NCBI GenBank assembly: GCA_021613535.1
Contig: CP075494.1
Coordinates: 16,182,001-16,246,000, forward strand
Reading direction: 5' to 3'
Length of the DNA stretch: 64,000 bases
DNA from: Adineta vaga
Lineage: Eukaryota; Animalia; Rotifera
Positions 63,773 to 64,000 of the stretch are shown here, piece by piece. The notes under the pieces were generated by a model, which saw nothing but the letters and a program-made list of their open reading frames with translations, ran no database searches and was not told the origin of the DNA. A program made the position numbers and the translations under genes. How positions within the stretch are numbered: the stretch's first letter is position 1; every line of letters begins with the position of its first letter.

Positions 63773-63818
63773 GAGAGTGTGGGTGTGGATGATTAGCTAG
63801 TCCTTACCCCACACCCAC
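63773..63818. repeat. Telomere-like G/C palindrome
   Basis: GAGAGTGTGGGTGTGGATG...ACCCCACACCCAC. Confidence 0.85.
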
Positions 63819-64000
63819 GTCTTCAGGAGAGACCGAAATAGAGAGTCATCTGGATGAATTTCACCCAAGTCATCTTTGTGGTAGTTAAACCAATAGGAAA
63901 ATCGCATTTCGGAACATTCTGAATGTGATAGAATGCACGGAAATACCGGATATTAGAATGGAATTTTCATTCCTTGTACTGACATCTATTCAATAATGAA

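Noticed and set aside
1681-63818. CRISPR array or integron attC interpretation of the dispersed palindromes
   Set aside because: Eukaryotic intron-containing context, irregular kb-scale spacing, variable arm length, no cas or integrase gene, and no GTTRRRY/RYYYAAC boxes.

Overview
AT-rich (roughly 30% GC by eye) eukaryotic DNA with short (about 45-60 nt) GT-AG introns. The gene repertoire is typical of bdelloid rotifers: FG-GAP/VCBS, NHL-EGF, pentapeptide-repeat, Kelch, TIR, F-box, many GPCRs and Ly6/three-finger proteins. The host call is an inference. The window is a gene-dense birth-and-death region with about 17 apparently intact genes, about 9 decayed pseudogenes, three head-to-head inverted paralog pairs of different ages, one 2.8-kb direct duplication and several non-autonomous DNA transposons with TIRs and TSDs. 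The most striking unexplained structure is a dispersed family of about 26 short (30-100 bp) non-coding palindromes: degenerate (TGAGGG/TGTGGG)n, a spacer often containing ATCTCTT, then (CCCACA/CCCTCA)n. These resemble head-to-head copies of the bdelloid telomeric hexamers. They never fall in coding exons I could model, often sit 90-450 bp past stop codons, and bracket whole genes, gene pairs and one duplicated unit. All coordinates and alignments were read by eye; no searches were run.
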